DNA of 64,000 bases from Harriotta raleighana (lineage: Eukaryota). The DNA is taken from the NCBI GenBank assembly GCA_050575255.1, contig JBNZDD010013659.1, positions 1,616,734 to 1,680,733 on the forward strand, written 5' to 3'. This document shows, piece by piece, positions 24,220 to 34,833 of the stretch. The notes below the pieces were generated by a model. The model had not been told where the DNA came from. It did no database searches and worked only from the letters and a program-made list of their open reading frames with translations. The position numbers and the translations under genes were made by a program. Position 1 is the stretch's first letter. The number at the start of each line of letters is the position of its first letter.

Positions 24220-27200
24220 ACCACAAAGTAAGGTAAGGAGGTTTTGGAAGAGAATCACAGGGTCAATGGCATATTGGCTGAAGACTCAACTATGAATGTT
24301 GGGCTAGAAACTAAGGACCAAGCAGTAAACCACAATCAGAGGAGTAGATGGTACAGGCAGAAATCTACAATTGGAGGAGTTTTCAGAAATTGAAAGGGAG
24401 TGAGACATTGAATGGATTTGATCAAGACGAGGGATATTGTGCTTCACACCTGCCACTATGGTAGAGTCTCATTGGTATTATTACTGAAATACTTGTCAAT
24501 GAAGTTGGATTACACGATAGCAGAAGCAGCAACCCTGTACTCCAGAGGATCTGAAGAGTTTCCTCAAGGCGCATAACAATGGCACAGTTAATTTCAGGTC
24601 AAATCAGACTGAGATTGAGATTAAGATCTGACTTTATGCTAAATTCTAGGGCACAACATCATCAGAAGGCACTGAACCTGACGAGAGTTGTTGCAAACAA
24701 CCACAAGGAATTTAGAGCTACAGACCGCTGCAGACTAAAGCAGCTTTAAAGGTTTTCAAATGTTGATGACTGTGCGACTGAGAGCAATCTGAACGCCATG
24801 AACCCAACTTTGCTGGTAGCGGTTATATATATATTTTAGAAAACATTGGCCAGCAGCCAGAAGTGCAGATAAAAGTGAAATCTACTTCCTTTGGAAGCAA
24901 TTGCAGTTAAGCATACAAAACTATTTTGCTTGTGATTCATCAATTAACCACCATGTTTAATCCGAACAAAGTGCATCATATAAATAAAATCTTATTATCA
25001 TAAGATTCACTGCATGTTGGGTGTTACTGACACAACAATTTCAATGCTAGATTTGCTACGGCCCAAGGTAAAAGCAAGATCATTCATATTCATAACTGAA
25101 ACAAAAAATAAATTGTTTTTTAAAAAAAACATTATATAGACTCCCAAATCTCTCCTTCTGGTCGAGAACACATGATACAATACAGTGGTTCACTCGGATT
25201 ACATTTTCATTCAAATAGGTTTTGTGAGTAACTGCCCACAGAATAATTTCACTAACTACTGTACCCTGCTTTGCTGATCAATTATTAGTATGACCATTTG
25301 CTTCCACTTTACATTTCCACAACACGCACGTCTAGACATAGGCATGTCTCACACTATTTCTATCACTATTTCCTGACATTAATAATTGATAATATTGAAC
25401 AAGACTGCTTGTTTAAGAAACAGCATTCATAGGTCACCAGATAGGACCAGAAACCTTCCAGATGGGTCATTTTAATGCAATAACTTATGATAAGTGCGCA
25501 GTGAAGTAATTTTGCCAAAATTATTTTATGAAAATAATTTCCTCTTCAATTGATTAGCAGCGCAGTTGACTGACCAACCTCTACATTGTTCCAACAGTCG
25601 GATACAATTTATTCTCCTTTCTAAATAATTGCAACCTGCACATTTGGAAGAATATGTCACTACTGCTCTACACTGTGGATTTTTTTTGCAATAGATATAC
25701 TGTATGGCTTCCCACCTATACATAATCCATCTTTTGTCAACACAGATCAGTAGCTCTGGATCACAAGATTAACATATGAAGAATACCAAAGTCTCTATTA
25801 CATTTTTTAAAATGTAGACTGCACACTTTAATACAGCATTAGTTATGAGATATAGAGCAACTCTGCATGAACTTTGCTGAATCAACTGTTGCAGAAAGTG
25901 TTGCTCAACTAGAAGCATACCAGACTCTGGGAAGAGCAGCATAAGAAGATTGGAAGGTGGAACAACCTAGAAGTAGTTACTTGCACTGCAACATTCCTGA
26001 CTAAAGATTCATTGTATTGCCTTTTGGTGTCAGCTAAACACTTAGCTCAAGAGACAAGTACTGTCTGTATTCAACCTCAAAAGTCTGCTTTAAGAACACT
26101 ATTTTTACCTTGGCCATGTACAAGGTCATACAGTCAAGAAGGTGTGCCAGATAAAAGATAAATTATTTTGCATTAGATACACAGTACAGTAAAAGGAGAC
26201 TGCTGAAATAACATTCTTTCCAATTTTGGGTGGGGGGCAGGGAATCAATTCAATATGGAAAGTAGCTTCCCACTTTGGAGCTCCCAGTATAAATTCACAT
26301 TGCCAAATACTGTATAAGTAAATTGAATAATCAGTGAGGAATATATCTTCTAGTCTACAGGGTCCATAAACTTAAATTATCTTTGAGAATTACCCCAAAA
26401 TGTATCTGAATCCTAATTTCAGAATAACACCCCACCCAAATTACTGTAATTTTTTTTACAGCCTAGTTAAATCAGTCTGCCCATTTAGTGCTGAAAACTC
26501 ACCAAAAACCGAGCTACAATTTCTTCAACTCAAATATTTCACAGGATTCTTATCGCTGACAGAACGATGAGACATTTTTTAATCCCATTAGTCTGAGTGC
26601 ATCGTGCTCTGAACACATACTGCATATAGGTGAAAGGGTAGCAAGTGTGTGAACCGAATGCACCAAGTTGTTGAGTTCAATAATATAATAATGATAAGCT
26701 AACCAAAATGTTTTGGAACACACCATTTGTTGTTGCAATTGAAATGCCATGTCTTCTAATGTTTATTTCCCCCTGCTGTCACTGCACCTCTGTACTCTGA
26801 AACTATTCCAAATTTACATCACCTTGCCAACTCTCACCCTGCCTTCAGAGGCTGCCTTGAAATCTATCACTTTGATCATGCCTATGGTTAACATCTGAAT
26901 ATGTCTTATTTCCCCAAACCTTGCCCACCAATAAATAATTCAAATATTCTGCGAGGTTCAGTGCTCTTGAGACACCGTCCTGCATGAAGGGCACAATACT
27001 GTATAAATGCAACTTATTCTTGCTGTGCAAAAGGCTCGAGATAAACACCAGTTGTTATTGTTAAACACTTTTATACAGGATGCACTGGCTTTGGCAACAA
27101 CAATTTGCATTTATACAGTGCACTTCACATAGGATAACATCTTCACCCACCCATCTGGGGTTGGGTGCTGAGCTAGGGAAAAGGGGGAGAGTGACCATAA

Positions 27201-27619
27201 GTGTGCTCAAGGACGCAAGTTTTAAGGTGGGATATAAAGACTGATGGGCGAGAGGAACATAAAGGCAGTGAATTCAAAGATTAAAAGCATCGTGACAGTC
27301 CCAAGACTTCCAAGCCTCCAATCTTTGAATGACTTGCAAGTGAGAAAATTAATTAAATATATAAATAGAAAAGAACACCACCATCATTTTATTCATATTT
27401 CAATAGGTTTTTTCAATGCATCTCAAATGAGGTCACTGCTCCTCGCCAAGGAAAGATAATATCCTTTGAGGAATGATAGTCCTAAACTAAGTGTCCACTA
27501 ATATTGCTCCAGTAATTCCAAAACATTTGAATGTGTTTTGGTGCTCAGTGATACATTATCCAACTTTAATCTTAGCGTTGACTTCAAAGAGCAGAATTCC
27601 TCTTGTCTCTCATATTCAG

Positions 27620-27921
27620 GTTGATTATGTTAAGCCACTTTCCTGACTTCCCAACTCTTTCCTCCACAGATTATTCCAAACTCTGCATCTTGTGTCCCCT
27701 CCCATAACATGCTCCATGAGCCGATCATCCCCATCCTCACCCATCTTCACTGGCTCCCAATCCCCCAGAGGATCAAATTTAAAATCTTCGCCTTCACTGT
27801 CAACCTTTCTGTCTCCACCCTCTGGAACTCCTTCCTGGAATCCCTCCGCCTTGCACCCTCCCTTACCTTCTTCAAGGCCTGACTCAAGATCTTCCTCTAC
27901 AACTTGCAATTTGTTGTTGTT
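27620..27921 (+). mobile_element. Internally deleted L2 3' fragment
   Basis: cactggctcccaatcccccagaggatcaaattt...ctctggaactcc and ttgttgttg tail. Confidence 0.75.
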
Positions 27922-27953
27922 CTGACCAAAGATGCACTACTAATAATATAGTA

Positions 27954-28617
27954 CTGGAACTCCTCAATTAACGTTGGGGATGTGTTCTTGAAAAGTGCGA
28001 TTTTAAGTGAAACAACATATAGCGAAACCTAAATTACCATAGGACCTAATTCTATCAATAGAGGTTAAATTCCTTCAGTACATTTCTGGTCTAAATTTTC
28101 TAACACTAATATTAAATAAAGACCAAAAACTCCACTAGTATTGAAAATTAAAATACAGTAAAACCTTGCTTATCCGTGACTCGAATAATCGGAAAACCTG
28201 TTCAACCACTAGTTCAAAAAAAAGTCCCGATTCGATTATCCGAAGTTATCTGGTGAAGCGTTTAATGTTGGGTCTAAACTCGTTCCGGATCCTTTTTAAA
28301 GTCACGTTTTTTTTATACCTCGTTCGCATGAGTTGGAGCATGGGCTCCAAAGGGGGCATGTCTCTCTCTCTCTCCCCCCAATCAGTCTCTCTCTCTCTCA
28401 CACTCTCTCTCCCCCAATCACAGTCTCTCTCTCTCTCACAATCTCTTCCCCCAATCATAGTCTCTCTCTCAGTCTCTCTCTCTCTCAGTGTCTCTCTCTC
28501 CCCCAATCACAGTCTCTCTCTCTCAGTCTCTTTCTCTCTCTCTCTCCCCCAATCAGAGTCTAACAGCGAATAATCAAAACAACGTATATTGGGACGACGT
28601 ATAGAGAGGAGTCCCAG
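27954..28617. mobile_element. Tigger/pogo-like MITE containing part of a second Tigger-like element and a (CT)-rich tract
   Basis: TA|CTGGAACTCCTC ... GAGGAGTCCCAG|TA. An internal TA|CAGTAAAACCTTGCTTATCCG end starts at about 28156. Confidence 0.75.
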
Positions 28618-28939
28618 TAATGGTTTAAAAAAAACTCCATATGCCCAGGTACAGATTGGCATCACAGTACTTATCCTCTTGATATTTTAATTAATACAGT
28701 GCCAGATAAGAACAGCTGCTATTATTGTCATTGGAGCATCATTTATTTTTATATCTTTATGCTCCACTTGTCAGTAACAACAACACTCAAATGAAAGTCA
28801 ATCTTCGGAGTGTCTTCATGAAACTGATACAGCGATGCGCTTGCCAAGGAATTGCACAAAGCCACCTTACAGCACTCACTACTTCAGGGCAGGTGACAAA
28901 CAGTGTTAGAATGGTAAGGAAGGTGTGGACATAATAGAA

Positions 28940-29340
28940 AGAAGTTGCATTTTTTTAATACAATTTTACTGCATCAAAATGTCCCAGTGTGCTTCAAAGT
29001 AATTATTCTCAAAGTGTAGTGACTATTTTTTAAAAAAAAGACAAATGCAGCAATTTTTTTGTGCACTGCAAGTTCCCACAAACAGCCATATGAGGTGAAG
29101 GAACTACAGTAATTCAATGAAGAATTATTGGCTAGGATGATCTATTCTGATTTTAAATTGTTCCAATTTTTTTGGAACATCGCTATATTGTAAAGATCCA
29201 ATAAATGGGATAGTTAATGTTCAACTGAATAACAGGCAGAATGGAACTTGGCTTAACATCCTTCCGAATCAGTGCACATCCAACAATACAGCACTCCCCC
29301 AGGAAGCACTGAGTGTCAGCTAAGATCAAGTCCCGATATG
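28940..29340 (-). mobile_element. Degenerate Deu-domain SINE
   Basis: gcttaacatccttccgaa...caacaatacagcactccccc...actgagtgtcagct, plus a decayed 3' part. Confidence 0.55.
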
Positions 29341-29583
29341 AAGCTTCACAGCTGGGACAGCATTGCATGCCTTTATCAGAGAGGGAAAGTAGAGAAACAT
29401 CAAACATACACAATGTCTTGGTGGAGGGGGACAGGAGGAAGAGGAGATTAATTTTGTCCAAAGATAGGTTAACAATGCAGAATCAACAGTATGTATGCAC
29501 GCATACAATGCTCAACCTGGTCTCATTGAATCATCTCAGAATGGACTATTCCAGGTGCAAAAGGATAGTCGAATGCCCCAAGG

Positions 29584-29899
29584 TAGGGGTCTCCAACTGG
29601 TCGCCACTGGGTGGCGCTTTCGTGCATAAAAATATAGACAAGATGAAGGAGGAATAGAACTGCAATAAATTAGTCCAATTGCAAATGAAGCCAGAATGCA
29701 CAAAGTAGTTCATGCATCTTGAAATAAAAATACAAATTTTATTGCTTAAACTGCAGTAAATATCGCTCCTTCCTCTTGTTTCAATGCTTTGAGACATTAT
29801 CCCGATGGGAAAGGTGCTATATTAATGCAATTTGTTGTTGTTTTTATTGAGCAACCGCGTGACGCCACCTTGCGGTGATCAACTGGTTGGAGACCCCTA
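29584..29899. mobile_element. hAT-like MITE with a short L2 tail inserted at about 29775-29843
   Basis: Perfect 14-bp TIR TAGGGGTCTCCAAC / GTTGGAGACCCCTA. No clean 8-bp TSD. Confidence 0.75.
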
Positions 29900-32556
29900 C
29901 CTGTAAGGATCACAGTTAGGTGACAAACACTGTGTAAGAGTCAGCTGAATAGATCTTTAAATTTGTAGACCCAAGAAATCAACACCAATAACTGAAGACA
30001 AATCTCACTGCCATTCTCTCACTTTGCTGCACATTCTTAATTTTACCTCACGAAAGCAGAGATTGACACACACAAGGGGCAGAAAGAGAGTGAGCGTTTG
30101 TAGAGAATTAAGCAGAAGAAGGGATAAAGAGCATGGAGAGAGAGTGAGCAGGAGAGAGGGCAAATAAAAAAATGTGGCTACATACACACTAGGACTTAAT
30201 ACTTTTGTGTACTATGCTTTTTCTCTAAACTCTAACTTCTGGACAGTAAAGTACCTCTATTGAACTTCCTACTGAGTTTTTTTGGGTAATCTGACATTGG
30301 TAATGTAGGTTTAGTTCAGTGATTTCCTCTCACTAGAAAGCTGACTGTAGTGTGTATATATGTTTAAACTTGAATTATTCACCCCCCAAGTCAAACGTTT
30401 CTCCAGCTAGACTGGGAGAAGTCAGCAGTTTAGTCACAGCTGGGTAATCTATATATAGTTGTGAGCAATTCTAACTAGAGCATCAAATGTGAGGTTATTT
30501 ATGGAGGCCAATGATTTTGGATTTGGGGACTTACATTTGCCACATTCTTTGACATGTACAGCAAGTAAGGACACCTACAAATAACCTTACACTTCTGTCC
30601 AAAGGGATCTAAAAATAACCTTGCTTTGTCCAAAGCGCAAGTGGGACACGTCATTCCGATGCTCCTCAGTCTTCGGAGTCGAAGTGTCAGCGGGCACCTC
30701 AGGGGAACTTCTCCAGATAAACAGCCTTGGCATGCCACATTTCTTAATGAAGTTAGTGGCCTTTCTAAACACATGGGAGTTTACTCCCCACTCCAGCCAA
30801 AAATGATCCGCTGTAGGGTCTCCATAAATGCAAAACTAAATTAGCTGCATGAGAGCAATGGAGGGCAGCGAGGTCCCACTCAAATAGGTTGTGCACAATT
30901 GGCTGCCATGTTTTGCCCACAAATATAGTTAATTCACTTTACAGTATATTTTGTGAAGTGCTTTGAGACATCTAGAAGATGTTAAAAGTGCTATATCAAA
31001 TGTAAGGATTATTATTATTAAATCTTCTCTAGTGACATGCCTGAGTTTGTGAGCTCAGTGGTGAAGGGATACATTGGGTGGGGGGGAGGCTGTGTGAACT
31101 ATCATGATGAATCTGTTTATATATTGAAAATCTGTGCTGCTATTTGCCAGCAAGCCTAGTTACCCCTGGTATCTCAGCAATGTACTCTTTGCCATGGAAA
31201 GATTTTTGTTTCATGCACTTTTAATGATTAGCAATCTTGTTTCATGTCGACTACTGTGCTAGTGTTATAAAAAATAATTAAAATTCCAGAAATGGTAGCA
31301 TTCATTGCTATAAAGGGGAAAGAGCAAGCATTAAACAAGAAACGCTTGCGATGGCTGCACATGAATGAGATGTTGAATTTCACACACCGACGTATCAGGT
31401 ATCGCTCCGCACTGGCTGCTTTATTTACTCCAGTGGGCTGAACCTCATGGCCTCTCAGTGAAAATTCCTCTGAGCAAAAAATAAAGCGATGCTCTCACGT
31501 TCAACAGCAATCAGTGGGAACTGGAAACATGTAACACTCAAAACTAAACCTCAACACTCCTACTCACAGTGACCAGAATAAGGAGCATTGATCAGTCAGG
31601 GTGTCTCCGGGCCACGTTTTTTTTCAAGAATGATGAGTTGCTTTAAATAATGCCTTTCATGTAGGGAAACGTGTCAAAGAGCTTTCCACACACAGTTGGA
31701 GCCCGAGCTGGGTTAGAAGATAGGTGGGTAGAGTGGACAAAGAACAATCAAAGAGATAGGTTCTTGGATATGTTTTGAAAGTGGAGGTTGAGGGATTCAG
31801 GAAGAGAATTCCAGAAAATAGGGCAACCCGGCTGAAAGTTTGTCAGTTAATGATGAGATGGAATAGGCAAGGTACAGATTTGTCAAAGAAGAAAGAGTGG
31901 GTGGGGAAGCAGGACTATAGGAAATCATAGAGTTATGGGGGGGCAAGGCAAGAGAGTTGTGTTTCGGTAAAAACAAGATCTTAAAATTGACATTCTAATT
32001 CAAACAAATAGGCTCATAAATTGCACAGCTACTTTGTTTGTTAGGAGTGAAATAACTAATAAAAAATAATCCTTGCATTGAGATGTTAATTCAAGGTCCC
32101 ATATTTTTGTTCAAATGGACATTAATGATTTCATGGCATTGGTTCGAAAAGAGAAGGGAGTTTCTCCCAGTATTCTGGAAAACAATCACTAAATAAAATT
32201 GATCATTAATTTTGTGGCTATTTGTGGGGCATTGCTATGTGTAAATTGGCTGCTGCAACCGCCTACAAAATACAATCACTACACTTTACAGCATATCCTG
32301 TGAAGCACTTTGAATTTGTTTCATCAAATGTTGATTTCCCAAACATCAGAGTTGCAAAATCAAACAAGGATCATTATTATGTTTCCCTAAATCACATCAA
32401 AATTTCCCAAAGTACTTCACAGGTAATTGCTGTTAAAGTGTAGTGACTATTTTTACAGCAAGCAGTCAGGTTACACACAGCAAGATCATAAAGTCACAAG
32501 GTATATGACATTAATCTGCAGTAATTTTAGCCAGGATGTTGGGAAGAAACTCCTCT

Positions 32557-33060
32557 TAGGGGTGACCGATGGGACCGTCAAAGAGGTCATGAGGCGGGAC
32601 TTGAAGGAAGCCAGGAAGGGGGCGAGGGCCTCCGGGATGGAATTCCAGAAGATAGGGGCAGAATGGCTGAAGGTTCACCTGCCTGACATGAAAGGCGCTA
32701 TACAAGTATAATTTTGTTGTTTTTTTTAGTTTGGGTTTGGTCAAGGTGCGTTTGAAGTCTTACTCTTGTGCCGTGAGGGATCGGAGATGGCTGGTGTACC
32801 AGGGGGGATTTACGGGAGTAAGAAGCAGTTTGGGAGATGAGAGGAGCGAGGGAATCAAGGATGGAGGAGAGGGAGTTTTGGAGAAGAGAGCGAAGAGGGT
32901 AGGTCAGTTAGTGAGGGCCAGGAGTTCAGATGACTCTAGGGCAGCAGAGAGGCAGTGGGAGGAGATTTTTTTCCCAAGGGGGGGCGGTTGGTGATGGTAG
33001 AGGATTGAAGGTACAAGCAAGGGCGGTAGGTGAAGGTTAGAAAATTGAAGGCACAGCCTA
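32557..33060 (-). mobile_element. Rearranged L2 fragments (reverse 3' segment, forward tail, reverse internal segment)
   Basis: Reverse L2 at 32557-32683, forward tail at 32684-32725, purine-rich reverse L2-like segment to about 33060. Confidence 0.65.
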
Positions 33061-33070
33061 AAATAGATAA

Positions 33071-33371
33071 AGTCCTGTAGCTCAATGGCTAGAGCACATG
33101 CCTTGCAAGTAAGAGACCTGGGTTCGATTCCAGGCAGGGCAAAACCTTGGGCAAGTTTCCTTACTCCACAAGCCTGATAATAATCCCTTGAAAATAAATA
33201 ATAAATTGGTCATATCATTCCATGACTGTTTGTGGGACCCTGTTGTGTGCAATTGGCTGCCACATTTCACCAACAAATATGTAGTCAATTTACTTTACAG
33301 TATATTCTATGAAACTCTTTGAGACGCCTAAAAGACGGGAAAAACTTAACATTAAATGCAAGGATTATTAC
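33071..33371 (+). mobile_element. Full-length tRNA(Ala-like)-headed SINE
   Basis: gtcctgtagctcaatggctagagc (A box) ... ggttcgattcc (B box) ...gcagggc, TGC in the anticodon-like loop, tail aaatgcaaggattatta. Confidence 0.9.
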
Positions 33372-33639
33372 TATCTCAACTAGCAAAAAGGCAATATGAC
33401 AAATACAATTATTATAATTATACTTTCACAGAAGGAAGTTAGAATAAGTTAGTATAAGTTTAGTTATAAGTTGTATAACTGGAACCTGAAATATATCTTG
33501 CACTGCTATGGCTTCAAAAGGAGTTGCACAGCTTTGTGACCTATTATGCATTATGCAGGCACAGTAACTTCATGTATATCTGAGAGGTACCAGCCTGGTA
33601 TAGAAGGGATGCTAACGTGTTGTAGCGCATTTTCCTACT

Positions 33640-33913
33640 CTCAGTGGTTAGAGCTCTCATCTTGCAAGTGAGAGACCTGGGTTCGATTCCAGGCAGAGTG
33701 AAATCTTGGTAAAAATTTCCGTACTCCACACACCTAATAATAATCTCTCAAAAAAAATTATAAATTGATCATTTCAATCCACGACTATTTGTGGGATACT
33801 GTGTGCGTAATTGGCTGCCATGTTTCACCCAGTTCACACAGAAAAATCTGTGAAGCACTTTGAGACATCTAGAAGATGTGAAAAGTGCTATATCAAATGC
33901 AAAGATTATTATA
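33640..33913 (+). mobile_element. tRNA-headed SINE
   Basis: ctcagtggttagagc...ggttcgattccaggcag, body and tail. Confidence 0.88.
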
Positions 33914-33916
33914 ATA

Positions 33917-34833
33917 CAGTAAACCCCGTTTATCCGGCACCCATGGGACCTGGCCTGTGGCTGTTAAACCAATTTCCGTTTGAACGGATTTTTTAAAAAA
34001 AGTTTAAAAAAAAATTTAAACACATACCATATTAATAAAAGACTAAATGATAACAGAATATTGCATTAGTGCTTTTATTGACACTTAACTTCGCAATCGC
34101 AGCCCTCCCCCAAACTATTTTAGTGTTTTATAGGTTAGACAAGCATCACTATGCATGAGTTTCTATTAACATAATAACGACCGAGGTAAAAAAAACACGA
34201 TTTTTAAGGGCAGGAGCAATCTCTGTCTCTCTCTGTCTTTGTGTGGTCTCTCTCTGTGTGTGTGTATTTATCTCTCTCTCTCTGCGTCTCTCGCTCTGTG
34301 GGTGTGTGGGTGTCTCTGTCTCTTGTGCGTCTCTCTCTGTTTATGTGTGTGTCTCTGTATGTGTGTGCACCTCTCTATCTGTGTGTGTGTGTGTCCCTCT
34401 CTGTGTGTTTGTATANCTCTCTCTTTCTCCCCCTCTTTCTCTCTCTGTGTCTCTCTGTATCTGTGTGTGTTTCTGTATGTCTCCCCCTCCCTAAGTGTGT
34501 GTCTCTGTATGTGTATGCACCTCTCTATCTGTGTGTGTGTGTGTCCCTCTCTGTGTGTTTGTATATCCCTATCTGTGTTTGTGTGTTCCTCTCTCTCACC
34601 TGTAAATGGCTGTTGCCCAGAGCTCTGAGCGTCTCACCAATTTAGACACGCCTAGTGGCCAACTGCGAGTACTGCACTCGCGAGTACTGCACTCGCTTGC
34701 GACAGTCCATTCATTAAATGCTTCATCACTATTTGCCAGATAATTTCCGGTTCATTGAATCGGAATTTTTTTTGAGGTGGCGGTTGAACGCATTTTCCGG
34801 TTCATTGAATCACAGATAAACAAGGTTTTACTG
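33917..34833. mobile_element. Tigger-like MITE with internal (CT/GT) microsatellite
   Basis: TA|CAGTAAACCCCGTTTATCCGG ... AGATAAACAAGGTTTTACTG imperfect TIRs. Same family as 38282-38667. Confidence 0.78.

Noticed and set aside
30380-30432. Minus-strand CTGA...hairpin...GAAACGTTT motif
   Set aside because: The CUGANGA box is not intact (CTGACTT), so it is at best a decayed relic.
33072-33140. tRNA-Ala(TGC)-like cloverleaf (also at about 7290-7359, 24150-24219, 53151-53222, 63605-63677)
   Set aside because: Each is fused to the same SINE body and tail and the copies diverge from each other, so these are SINE heads, not tRNA genes.
34239-34645. Cys/Val/Leu/Ser-rich ORFs (also 28166-28573)
   Set aside because: Translations of CT/GT microsatellites inside MITEs.
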